NCBI RefSeq assembly: GCF_006345805.1
Contig: NC_043002.1
Coordinates: 16,554,001-16,618,000, forward strand
Direction: 5' to 3'
DNA: 64,000 nucleotides
Source of the DNA: Octopus sinensis
Taxonomy: Eukaryota
Shown piece by piece: positions 51,836 through 64,000 of this stretch. Made by a program: the position numbers and the translations under genes. The stretch's first letter is position 1. Each line of letters begins with the position of its first letter. Below the pieces are notes generated by a model. It did not search any database and was not told the DNA's origin. It was given only the letters and a program-made list of their open reading frames with translations.

Positions 51836-52636
51836 ATTGGGATAAAATAATATATTCATACTACTGCACACAATGTGAAGATGGGACAAAATATTTAATT
51901 CTTTATATTACCTACTATGTACTTACATAAAATTTGAAATAAAAGTTGTAATCTTAATTTTTAATTCACTTATAATTCTTGGTCACTTTCAGACGAAAAC
52001 AAAGCAAATATATTTCTCAATTATTTCTTTGCCAGGAGACAATTAATTTGTGACTGAAATTGCCCAGATTCTGCACTTAGAAGATTAAATAACCTGTTTA
52101 TCAAACAATGTGCAGAAAAGTAAGCAATTTGAGTAATTGTAATTTAAGTAATTGTATAATGTGCTGAGACGCTGAAGTAAATAGTATGGAAGCAATTATT
52201 TAAAGCAATCATACTTCTGTATTTTACGTAAAGAAAAATATTTATCACATTTCTACTGAAATAATGTTGCACATCTGCTGTACAGATGGCACACAATAAC
52301 ATGTACATAGAATGATTAAATCATGACAAATATACTTGATAAGTTTTTGATGCACGTTGGGCATTTGACATTATGGCTAATACTACAACAGGGGGGAAAG
52401 GCGCCGATACTCATTACTCTACACGCGTAACTGATTAGTCTGTGCTTCGGGTTGATTCTGCACTTATATATATTTACTCTTTTGTCCAAGGAGATTATAG
52501 ATAAGTCAGTGAAATGTTACATCTCAGAAATGCCAAGTTTAATGTAAATATTAAAGTCACTCATAAATTTAATCGCAAATATTAATGAAAACCTTGTGCT
52601 GCCACAACCCAATACAAAAACCTCCATATGCCATTG

Positions 52637-52850
<214 letters not shown>

Positions 52851-53317
52851 CTGCTTTCGTAGACTTTCTGTTGCTATCCAATCTCATTACTGTGAATATG
52901 AATTGGGAGTCGAGCCATAGTGTATATTTCATTACAAGACTACACAACCATGGACGCCACACCTATTGATGCTTTGAGGTTACTCCCTTGATAGAGTCAG
53001 GTGGTTCTAACATCTGATGTTAAAGAGTTACTCCGCTCAGCATAAATGTAAGAAGCAGCATTGTCTCAATTGAACTCTTTCGATAACGCTTCATATCCCG
53101 CTGTGCTCCAGCCTCATGACTTCACTAAACACCTGGCACAGTGTCGGCGGAATGAGTGCTGTGCCTCGAGGAAGAGCAGCTCGTTTGTAAATGCGAAGGG
53201 CACGGTCGACATGGTCGTCACGTAGTGTATTTTCAAAGTCCCTGCATACATAAATATCTATATAGTTGCCTGTGTCTGTGTGTCTGTGCATGTGAGTGTG
53301 TGTTGGTGTGTGCTATG

Positions 53318-53628
53318 TTTTTTGTTACCCTTTCCAAGCGTAGCCTGGCTCATGGGCCCGGTTTTCCGGTTTGTGTGGCGTATGTCTTCCCCCCAGCTGG
53401 ACGGGACTCCAGTCCATCGCAGCGTTACTCAAGAAACAAGAAGAGAGAGAGAGAAAATGTTGTGGCTAAAGAGTACAACAAGGGTCGCCACCAACCCCTA
53501 CCGGATCCTCGCGGAGCTTTTAGGTGTTTTCGCTCAATAAACACACACAACTCCCGGTCTGGGAATCAAAACCGCGATCCTCCGACCGCGAGTCCGCAAC
53601 CCTAACCACTGGGCCATTATACCTCCAC
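53318..53628 (-). mobile_element. SINE family C (in duplication unit 1)
   Basis: The - strand reads GTGGAGG..AATGGCCCAGTGGTTAGGG...CTGCGATGGACTGGAGTCCCGTCCAG. Confidence 0.8.
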
Positions 53629-54168
53629 ACCTGCTACCTACTTATGCATATTTTATTGACATTTTTCTGTTTATAATTGGCGGCATAATCCATTCATATT
53701 ACAGATACATTTGAAATGCCAATATTAATGAAATTAGAGAAGCAATTTCTCATTGCATTGTCGAATATAGAAAGCATCGTAAATGTTGGTGATAATGTAT
53801 TCCGATCATAAAAGTTGATAAATCCTGTTAATACATTCCCATTATCAATGCTGTATGTTGTATGTATAGTATTCAGATGCACTTTTGAGTAGAATATGAA
53901 TTTTTGTCATAAATGTAATTCTATAGTCATACTAAAGTTAAATAGGTGCACTATGCGATTAGTGTATACTTGTTCTTTGTGTTTAAATTTACTATTGTTC
54001 ACTTTTCTCACGTTTTCAAACAGTGTACACAGATAGATGTAATTTAATTGCTAGTATTGTAGAATGTCTCACACGTCCAGCAAAAACGAGTGTTTACATT
54101 AGAGACATATACATACATAAACAGACACGCACGCAAAACTCCCACTCTACACACACATATACACACAC

Positions 54169-54234
<66 letters not shown>

Positions 54235-54709
54235 CGCTGCTTTCGTAGACTTTCTGTTGCTATCCAATCTCATTACTGTGAATATGAATTGGAGTCGAGC
54301 CATAGTGTATATTTCATTACAAGACTACACAACCATGGACGCCACACCTATTGATGCTTTGAGGTTACTCCCTTGATAGAGTCAGGTGGTTCTAACATCT
54401 GATGTTAAAGAGTTACTCTTTACTCCGCTCAGCATAAATGTAAGAAGCAGCATTGTCTCAATTGAACTCTTTCGATAACGCTTCATATCCCGCTGTGCTC
54501 CAGCCTCATGACTTCACTAAACACCTGGCACAGTGTCGGCGGAATGAGTGCTGTGCCTCGAGGAAGAGCAGCTCGTTTGTAAATGCGAAGGGCACGGTCG
54601 ACATGGTCGTCACGTAGTGTATTTTCAAAGTCCCTGCATACATAAATATCTATATAGTTGCCTGTGTCTGTGTGTCTGTGCATGTGAGTGTGTGTTGGTG
54701 TGTGCTATG

Positions 54710-55018
54710 TTTTTTGTTACCCTTTCCAAGCGTAGCCTGGCTCATGGGCCCGGTTTTCCGGTTTGTGTGGCGTATGTCTTCCCCCCAGCTGGACGGGACT
54801 CCAGTCCATCGCAGCGTTACTCAAGAAACAAGAAGAGAGAGAGAAAATGTTGTGGCTAAAGAGTACAACAAGGGTCGCCACCAACCCCTACCGGATCCTC
54901 GCGGAGCTTTTAGGTGTTTTCGCTCAATAAACACACACAACTCCCGGTCTGGGAATCAAAACCGCGATCCTCCGACCGCGAGTCCGCAACCCTAACCACT
55001 GGGCCATTATACCTCCAC
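54710..55018 (-). mobile_element. SINE family C (in duplication unit 2)
   Basis: Copy of 53318-53628, differing by one GA unit. Confidence 0.8.
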
Positions 55019-55540
55019 ACCTGCTACCTACTTATGCATATTTTATTGACATTTTTCTGTTTATAATTGGCGGCATAATCCATTCATATTACAGATACAT
55101 TTGAAATGCCAATATTAATGAAATTAGAGAAGCAATTTCTCATTGCATTGTCGAATATAGAAAGCATCGTAAATGTTGGTGATAATGTATTCCGATCATA
55201 AAAGTTGATAAATCCTGTTAATACATTCCCATTATCAATGCTGTATGTTGTATGTATAGTATTCAGATGCACTTTTGAGTAGAATATGAATTTTTGTCAT
55301 AAATGTAATTCTATAGTCATACTAAAGTTAAATAGGTGCACTATGCGATTAGTGTATACTTGTTCTTTGTGTTTAAATTTACTATTGTTCACTTTTCTCA
55401 CGTTTTCAAACAGTGTACACAGATAGATGTAATTTAATTGCTAGTATTGTAGAATGTCTCACACGTCCAGCAAAAACGAGTGTTTACATTAGAGACATAT
55501 ACATACATAAACAGACACGCACGCAAAACTCCCACTCTAC

Positions 55541-55550
55541 ACACACATAT

Positions 55551-55585
<35 letters not shown>

Positions 55586-55691
55586 GATAGATAGACAGAC
55601 AGACAGACAGATAGATAGATAGATAAATAGATAGATAGATAGATAATAGATAAATATATAGATGGCTGGATGGATAGATAGATAGATATAT

Positions 55692-55726
<35 letters not shown>

Positions 55727-55797
55727 TAGATGGATAGATATATATAGATAGATAGATATATATAGATAGATAGATATAGATGGATATATATATATAT
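55541..55797. repeat. (CA)n(TA)n(GATA)n compound microsatellite
   Basis: Direct reading. Confidence 0.95.
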
Positions 55798-56179
55798 AAC
55801 TGCAAGTATGAGATTAGTGTGGGTTCATGCAGGACTGCGATATACGTGGGCCATTAATATCATTTCGACGAAAGAAGTGAAAGACAGGTTATGCAACACA
55901 GGGGAATATTGATTAAGATTATACAGGGAGATATAGACATAGAAATGTTTTATGGATACTTCCTCAAATCATTTTCGATGTCATGGTACCTGAATTAGTA
56001 AACCAAAAAATCAAATTCTACAGGAAGTACATTTTCTGTGAGGGGGTAGTTGTCATAATAAAAGCCCTATGTCAGAAAATTTTAATATTTCCATCTGTTA
56101 AAATAAATTATAAATCCAACACTTTTAATTTTACGATTTTATGTCCGAAATATTATATATATATATATATGTATGTATA

Positions 56180-56858
56180 TTGGGTCATCCCATATGTAAT
56201 GCGCTTTTTCAGTTGTATGAAATAAAAGTCGGAGGTGGGGGCAGGATAATTTGCTATAACAGCAGGTTGTAATTGTAGCATATTTTTAGTACAACTTTCG
56301 CGGATTGTAGATCGATTTTAAAAGCCATTTTTATAAAGCTACAAAATAAGTGACAAAGGAGCTTAATCGCTATGTCTTGCTTTATGAGTTCAATAAAGGC
56401 CTCAACGCAACTTAATGTGCGAGGAAAATTAAAACAGTGTATGAAGATCGGACAATAAGCGTAAGCCAGTGTCAACGGTGGTTACAAAGCCGAAAACTAC
56501 AGCCTTGAAAATTTGTAGAGTTCGACAAGGACGTCATGGCAGATCTGTAGAAGAGCTGTAGAGCTCGACGAGGACATCTTGCAAGATCTGTTGATCTCGA
56601 CGAAGAACTGCAGAGCTCAACGAGGACGTCCTGCAAGACCGGGTGGAACAAAATATTCCTAGCAAACCATCGGAATCTAATCGCGCGTAGAGAGTGAATG
56701 TGTGCTCTTTTTTGCTGTCACGTCTCACGAATTAATCTTTTCTGGGCAGAATAGTACCCGGTGTCGAGGAAAATATTCTGCGTCGCAAACAGTGATCAGT
56801 GAAAGGAGAAACACCGGCAACCCAGAATTAAGAATAGTCGACTTTCAACTTTTAAATA
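56180..56858 (+). mobile_element. 5' part of an older mariner of a different family (host of the nested element)
   Basis: TA + TTGGGTCATCCCATATGTAATGCG TIR-like start. Degenerate translation: TKELNRYVLLYEFNKGLNAT...VYEDRTISVSQCQRW, VELDED, SESNRA*RVNVCSFLLSRLTN*SFLGRIVPGVEE, RRKQ*SVKGETPA, IVDFQLLN. Confidence 0.85.
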
Positions 56859-58142
56859 TTGGGTTGGCAACTAAGTTCCCGCCGTATTTTTAATTTCAGA
56901 ATTTATTGCGTTTTTAAATTTTGGAAACTATCATTTTCGAGAATTCTATTTTTGAATCATTTTGGAACCTATTTTTTCTCTAGTTAATTTTACTTAATTT
57001 TTGTATATTTTAAAATCATTAAAATGGAATGCCAAGTTAAGAAAAATGAGCATTTTCGACACCTCCATCATTTTGCATTTAATCAAGGTTCTAAGGGTGC
57101 AAAAGCTGCTCGCGACATTTATGCTGTGTATGAAGAGGATGCCATTGCTGAAAGAACCGCTCGTGATTGGTATGCCAAGTTCGAAAATGGAAATGTTGAC
57201 CTCAAAGTCGCACCTCGTTCTGGCCGTCCAGTTGAGTTCGATGAAGAGCGATTAAACCAAATTTTGCACGAAAATTCTCGTCAAACGACTAGGGAACTGG
57301 CACAGAAAATGAAATGCCTCCAACACTGCTATAGAGAAAAATCTTCCCTCGATGGGAAAGGTTGAGAAGTATGGAGCATGGATTCCGCACCCTTTAACTG
57401 ATAACAACAAATATGAACGAGCCTCAATCTCCGCTGGTTGCTTGCTCGTCACCATTCAACTCATGGACACAAGCAACGATTTCTTTACCGAATCGTCACT
57501 AGCGACGAAAAATCGTGTCTGTACATTAATATGAAGCAGCGTAAGGAATGACTTTGCCCCGGGAAACAAGCAACACCGCGCGTGAAACAAGATCTTCTTC
57601 CGCGTAAAACGATGTTGTGCGTATGGTGGGACTGGGAAGGGATTATCCATTACGAATTGCATGAACGGAACCAAACGGTCAACGCGGAACTCTATGTTCA
57701 ACAGATGGAACGACTCAACACGGCTATTGAAGAGAAAAGTCCTAATCGTCAGTCTGGATTTCTTCTGCACTACAACACCCGCCCTCATATTGCCAATATG
57801 ACTAAGGAAGCCATTCAAACGGTTGGATGGGAAGTCCTGCCACACCCGTCGTGATCTCCTGATTTGGCATCAACGGATTTTCACCTCTTTCGATCTGTAT
57901 CAAATGCTATGCGCGGTGTTTCGTTCAATACTGATGCAGAATTGAGAGCTTGGTTGGATCAATTTTTCGAGTCGAAATCGGCTTATTTCTACCAAGGAGG
58001 TATTAAAAATATTGTTGAACGTTGGGAAGATGCTGTATATGACAAGGGGGAATAAATTATTGATTACTTAGTTGTTATTTTTTATGAAAACTTTTTTAAA
58101 ATTTTAATTTTAAAAAACCACGGAACTTAGTTGCCAACCTAA
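56859..58142 (+). mobile_element. mariner (Tc1/mariner DD34D) transposon, 1284 bp, both TIRs, inactive
   Basis: Left TIR TTGGGTTGGCAACTAAGTTCCC preceded by TA (56857-56858). Right TIR GGAACTTAGTTGCCAACCTAA ends at 58142 and is followed by TG. The transposase remnant lies between them. Confidence 0.95.
57024..58055 (+). pseudogene. mariner transposase pseudogene
   Basis: MECQVKKNEHFRH...RSGRPVEFDEE (HTH), WIPHPL, IVTSDEK, LCVWWDWEGIIHYEL, LHYNTRPH (second catalytic D to Y), HPS*SPDLASTDFHLFRS. Frameshifts and in-frame stops are present. Confidence 0.95.
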
Positions 58143-58316
58143 TGCAAACCAAAAGATAAGAAAGAGATCTACTGCGAGCAGCTGGAATGGCTCAAGTCAG
58201 CGCTAGTAGAGAAATGACCATCGTTGTTTCCAAGACGAAAGATATTCCTCAATGCTCGGCCATATAGCGCAAAGATGACATTCCAAACGTTGGATGAGTT
58301 TGAATGGGAAACGCAG
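58143..58316 (+). mobile_element. 3' continuation of the host mariner transposase (right TIR not found)
   Basis: Reads (T)NQKIRK(E)IYCEQLEWLKSALVEK*PSLFPRRKIFLNARPYSAKMTFQTLDEFEWET, i.e. the region from FELL to the DNARPH motif, joining the 56858 breakpoint colinearly. Confidence 0.8.
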
Positions 58317-58957
58317 AATTTACACAGCAGTCATTTGTTTATTGGAAAAGTATCAAATGCCAAAAGAGAATAAGAAGCAAAATAAAAAAGACGTTATAAA
58401 GTATATTCATTGTGCTGAGTAAAATCGTTGCTAAAATACAGGTGTTATAATAATGGGAAAATAGCAAAAGTTTCATAAAACGTACTTAACAGAATACAAG
58501 AAATAGCATAAAATAAATTAGGAATAAGAAATGATACTACCAGATGATGCAACCAAAGATGCATCCTTTGGAAACATTATCAAATATACAATTACCTACC
58601 GGCACTTTGGAAAAAGTAGTCAACCGCTACACAAATTTAAAACTAATCAACATAGGCGATAAGGCTTGAGTAGCATAACCGTTACTCTAATGTACTGACG
58701 ATCAGCACCAGCAAGACGTGAGACGCGTTGTCTGAAAATCGTTGTAATGTGAATGACGAAGAGGAAATCCAAACGCATTAGTTAGTATACCAGGAAGTTT
58801 GTCTACAATCTGCATCGAGTATCCGCTTTCTCTTTTGTCGAATAGCTAGACAATTAAAGAAACAAACTGAAATGAACACACTAAATATACACATCTAAAT
58901 ATATGTGGGTGAGGATGTATACATTTATATACGTATGTGTGTACATATATATATATA

Positions 58958-59006
<49 letters not shown>

Positions 59007-60473
59007 CATATATATATATATATATATATGCGTATGTATGTATGTATGTATTGAGGTGGGATACGGATTTTCATATAAATATCTTCTGATTAATATGTCC
59101 ATGAATATTGATATATTCTTACAAATATATACATAGCACCATCGATACCACACTCACATATACTTACAGACATGTATTGTGTTTGCATGATAAATGGCGA
59201 ACATGTAGGTAGTAAACTTAGAATTGAAAGAGCTAGTGAATTGGAGAGACAGAGCCAAATAGAAGAAAGAGAATGTGACATTAAGACACATGCAAATAAA
59301 ACCAATCTCAGCGTGGTTTACTTCAGTTAACTTCACAATATCGCTCTATTCAATAGCATTTTCAGTCATAAAATGTCGTCAGAAGGCGGTCAAAAGATTG
59401 TTGCCAGTATATTTCGGAGTTCCTCAGTAATAAAGAATTTTATTATGATTGAATCTCTCAGCCTCCAGTCGCATGAATTGTTTCATTATTTTCTTTATGT
59501 TCCCTTAAGACACAACTGCCTTTATTAACTGAAGAAAATAGCCATTACAGAGCCACGAAGAATACATCTAATGTGATGTTAGCATGCCATTTTAAAGTGA
59601 ATCCCACGTTTTTGAATTGGTTTTATGACAGCCGAACGCACCCTTAAAGTTTTACTCTATCCTCGTATGAATATAATCATTCCATAATTATTGAAGTATC
59701 GTAAGAAAGTTCAAATTGAGCATAAATCTTCTTAATTATATATAAATTGAAAAGAAATTGTTCAGAATATATATAATCAAACTCCATGTTTAAGAAATTT
59801 ATAGCATATTGGATAAGTGTTCATGTAAGTGTGTGCGTGCGCGCTTCCATATATAAGGACATTGTGGCAATTTTGTTACTTTGTGACTGACTTCCCTTTT
59901 ACAATTTCGCTACGGATGATAGGAGGCATTAAAAAAGATTCGTATTAATATCCTATCGCAAGTATTTTCGCTTTGTAAGCTTACAGTCAACGTCTAATTC
60001 TATTCAAACAGAAACTTAGTTTGAACACTATCATGGCTGTAACAAAGTCGTATCATTCATGCACTCCCGGCCATATTGAGTCACCGTATTCTTGCACTAG
60101 CTATTTCAATGCAGCTGGTATTAATTTGCCTTTAAGTTTATTAACTTCATATATAGTTTCATATCCGACGTTATATTCCATAAATTTTGTTTTCTATATG
60201 TCTTTGCAATTCAGATAAGAAAAGTATTGCGGTTATAAAGGAAGAAAAATTAACGCGCACTATAAATAACTGCAGGAACGTGTTCTGAGTTATTCTACCA
60301 ATAAACTTATTATAGTTAAAGGAAACAGAAATAATGATATTAATTTCTCACATGGTTATGTACGATCGTCCTCAAAAATATTAATTGTAAGGTGCCGCAG
60401 AACAAATCAACTGCTTTGCTATTCGCATCATACCACTCAGTGGTATGTAACACATTATCAAGGAAGGCGATAT

Positions 60474-60672
60474 ATATTTCTTTATTACCCACAAGGGGCT
60501 AAACATAGAGGGGACAAACATGGACAGTCATAGGTATTAAGTCGATTACATCGACCCCAGTGCATAACTGGTACTTAATTTATCGACTCCGAAAGGATGA
60601 AAGGCAAAGTCGACCTCGGCGGAATTTGAACTCACAACGTAACGGCAGCCGAAATACAGCTCGCCGCCTTAA
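60474..60672 (-). mobile_element. SINE family A with internal deletion and 15-bp TSD
   Basis: CAAGGAAGGCGATAT at 60459-60473 and 60673-60687. Confidence 0.88.
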
Positions 60673-61232
60673 CAAGGAAGGCGATATCGGCAAACAGTGT
60701 CAATTGTTCGACCGGATTTAAATATGTATGAATCTTTTCCTTTAGACATATCCTACCATGAAGTAAATACGAAAGAAAGATGATCTATAACATACGTACA
60801 TATCATCCATTTTAAATCATGGTAGTAGTCGATTTAGCCAAACTAATAACGTGACCAGGACTCATTTCATTAAGGTGGCAGTATTGATGCCAGCGGCTTT
60901 ATAACTGAAACCCTAAAAGAGACGGCACTAAATATTTTGAAAGGTTTCCTTGGTTTCACTAATAATAGGCACACATTCAATATATTCCTGATATGCAAAT
61001 ATTCAATATAGATTGCCTATTCTTAATTAAATCTAAGAATGTAACACAATAACTTGTATCTGTTTTTTTTTATATATTTACTTAAAGTATCTTAAGATTT
61101 CTGTAATATATTCAATAAATTTTAAATGAATTTCCTAGCTACAAGCGTCTTCTATATTTACTGAAATCACCTGTCTCCGTGTAAATGATATACAATATAG
61201 ATTGCTTGAAGCACTTACAATGCAATGTTATG

Positions 61233-61505
<273 letters not shown>

Positions 61506-62899
61506 TACAATTAAGTTCATCATAATACAACAAATTTCGTTTGTTTCGTATATTTTTACAAGAATTTATAATTGATTCCATGATTCCACTTTAGTTTCAC
61601 TCTATATTACATACAGAGACTCTCGAAGTACAACACTGGAAAGTACATCTAGATATAACTATTTCCGTTAAGAATAGAATTGTGTCAGGATACTGTATGC
61701 ATTGTACTGTGTCATAGTCTAATATTCTATTGATATATAGCAACGAAATTCACCTCATCTGTCTCTGTTTTCAACAGATTCATAGGTCATGAAAAATAGA
61801 TCAGTACACATTCGGATCGATAGATTCGATCAGCTGAACATAAATTATTTCACGGCTATCATAACGATGAAAGACAGTTCTATGCAAAAGTACATAACTA
61901 AATACAGCCAATATGTTTCCATTTTCCGTTCTACAAATTACGTTGCATTGGCGTTCGTCTGTGTCTTTGCGATTACCGCAAGATTGTTATTGATAAACCC
62001 ATCATGGTTTTCCAGTGAGTTTTAAATATTTATTGTTTCCGAGCAGTGCTTTTATTTCAGTCATCATCAGAACTTTCACTTGTACCCTTAGCTATCTTTC
62101 AATATAGGACTGAGTTATAGGTGAGCATATAACACTTGCAGACACCGGATGCAACATGCTCTATTTTTGTTCTTCGAATCGAGATATTTGTGTTTCTACA
62201 CATCTCATACAACCGTTTATATATGTTTCTTTCAAGAATTATGATCTATCGATGATGTATTTGATGGATTTACATGATTCCCCAGTGATATAAATAAACA
62301 GATTACTAGCATGTAGTGATATTAAACCGCAGGTTTATGTAGAATGATAGTTGTGAATGTTGCGATAGTCATGATATCTAATGTCTCATTGTGCAATTTA
62401 CTGGAGATGAATATTTTATATCTCTGTGTTCCAGAATCGTTATGAGAGAGGGAATATGATTCCCTATTTCAATGTTTTCATCGATTTTATTGCTCCCTTT
62501 TATATACTGCTACTTCCTTAGTGTATGTAACTACAAGCTGCTGCCACAATATATGTGGCATTGATTTCAACTCTCAATGAAATCAAATACCTGATTCCAC
62601 TGATGCGTTTTAGTGAACAGTTTTCGAATACTCGTACGTTTTCTGTCAAGAAGATATGAATTTAACATTTTCCAGCATAACAAGACTTTTTTGGGTAAAT
62701 AGATACTATATACTATCAAAATAATGTGTCTTATATAAAATACAATTCATAGTATGCTTACGGAAAGTACGTAGCTGTCATATTTGTGGATGCAAAACCT
62801 ATTCACATATATACATATATAAGTATATGTATGTATGTACGTATATATGTATGTATGCATGTATGTATATATATTTATGTATGTATATATACACGGAGC

Positions 62900-63686
62900 G
62901 ATTTAAAGAAACTGAGTAATAGAAGAAATGCGTAAAACTTGAGCAGGCAGCTTATATAAACCGCAGACAGTAAACAACGCAAGACGAAAATCCGAAACCG
63001 AAATGGAAAAAATAAAAAGGAAAAAGGGGAAAATGTTATACTCTTTAGTCCTTAAATGATAAGACTGGAAAGATATCAAGTCAGTCAGGAATAAGCGAAA
63101 TTTTCCAATTCTTCAAAATACATTTATACCTATGCATGGAGTTCAAGAAAGAGTTAGGGATCTTAGATCTGAACAGGATTAGGGCTCTTTCAGTGAAACA
63201 AAGTCTACATTTATCGATACATATACATAAGGTATGGATTTCTCGATTACTTTCCATTTAATCACATGCGGTGTTTCGTTATCATTCAAAGCCCATACGT
63301 AGCTAGCCAACTTAGTAGCTTTACTTTTGTCTCCATATCGGAAGGATGGTATGTGATTGGTATAGCGATTTTAAAATTCACCTTCACATACTCCAATATA
63401 GGTCTTCTTATCAAGTGTATTATTATTCAGGCTTACAGTCAAGTCTGCCTTATATATGATAGATTTATTCATATATCGTTTGTCAGGGCGACAGGATCCT
63501 GGGTCTTGACAGCTGCAACAGGATTCAGGATCTTGGTATTGACCACGGATAATGCTACTCATCATATTGGGACAGCAACTATATCATAATTTCATAGAAC
63601 GCCTATTAAATATTTTCTTGTATTTGTGAGTGGCTGGAAAGTGCTTGTCTAGGAGACACAAGAATATTTTACCAATGTTAGTTTTT
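62900..63686 (-). mobile_element. Penelope-like element relic (RT-EN linker + GIY-YIG endonuclease + 3' end)
   Basis: The - strand reads [29 protein letters not shown]...YSCCPNM...CSCQDPGSC...IYKAD...KTYIGVCEGEF*NRYTNH...LASYVWAL...IKWKVIEKS...LKNWKI. Several stops; 3' boundary approximate. Confidence 0.85.
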
Positions 63687-63687
63687 C

Positions 63688-64000
63688 TTGACATATGTAT
63701 GGAGTTTGAAATGTGACGAAACACCACAGAAGATTAGATGGAAAGTAATTGAGAAAGTCATATCTCATGGATATGGATCGTATAAATGTATACTTTGTTT
63801 GACTAAAAAACGCAGATCCTGTTCAGATCTAAGTTCCCTAATACTATTGAACTCCAGGTCAGTAATTTTCAGTGGATGCATGCATGTGTATAAATATAAT
63901 TTGAAGAATTGGGAAATTCCGCCTATTCCAAGCTGACTTGATAGCTTTCCAGTTTTATAATTTAAGGTCTAAGGAGGTTAGCTCTTTTAACTCTTTACTT
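63688..64000 (+). mobile_element. inverted second arm (pseudo-LTR-like) of the Penelope-like element
   Basis: [21 protein letters not shown]...KCILCLTK...LLNSRSVIFSGCMH..YNLKNWEIP and the downstream UTR match the reverse complement of about 63030-63300. Runs off the window edge. Confidence 0.85.

Larger units (their letters stand above)
52848..55540 (+). repeat. near-identical 1.39 kb tandem direct duplication (52848-54150 / 54234-55540)
   Basis: Period 1386-1392. The only differences I saw are a 1-G indel, a 7-bp TTTACTC insertion and one GA unit. Units are bounded by (CA)n(TA)n. Confidence 0.92.

Noticed and set aside
62025-62075. CTGATGA...GAAAC on the - strand (hammerhead-like)
   Set aside because: No credible helix II or helix I.

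Overview
AT-rich, microsatellite- and repeat-dense eukaryotic (animal) DNA. The SINE and mariner families look like those I recall from Octopus genomes, so an octopus origin is an inference, not a database result. No host protein-coding gene can be identified with confidence; the window reads as intronic or intergenic, and most of the supplied ORF track is translated microsatellite. What is supported: (1) a CR1/L2-group LINE at about 17.6-20.9 kb (-) with an uninterrupted APE-endonuclease + reverse-transcriptase frame of about 1011 codons, plus two degraded CR1-group LINEs (47.5-48.5 kb, 50.0-51.8 kb); (2) four R4/Dong-type (RLE) LINE relics, three abutting (TAA)n arrays; (3) a complete-length but dead mariner inserted at a TA inside an older mariner (56.2-58.3 kb); (4) a Penelope-like GIY-YIG relic with a head-to-head inverted arm (62.9-64 kb); (5) three tRNA-headed SINE families in many copies; (6) a near-identical 1.39 kb tandem duplication (52.8-55.5 kb). 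The most interesting signals are RNA-structural. A tRNA-promoter-headed, hammerhead-ribozyme-bearing non-coding element forms an inverted repeat of about 0.5 kb (45.2-45.7 kb). A second three-copy family carries hammerhead folds with a non-canonical core. A 3'-terminal motif (GGYGGWGY...CWTGGCC-hairpin-AAAC) is shared by two LINE families and a SINE family.
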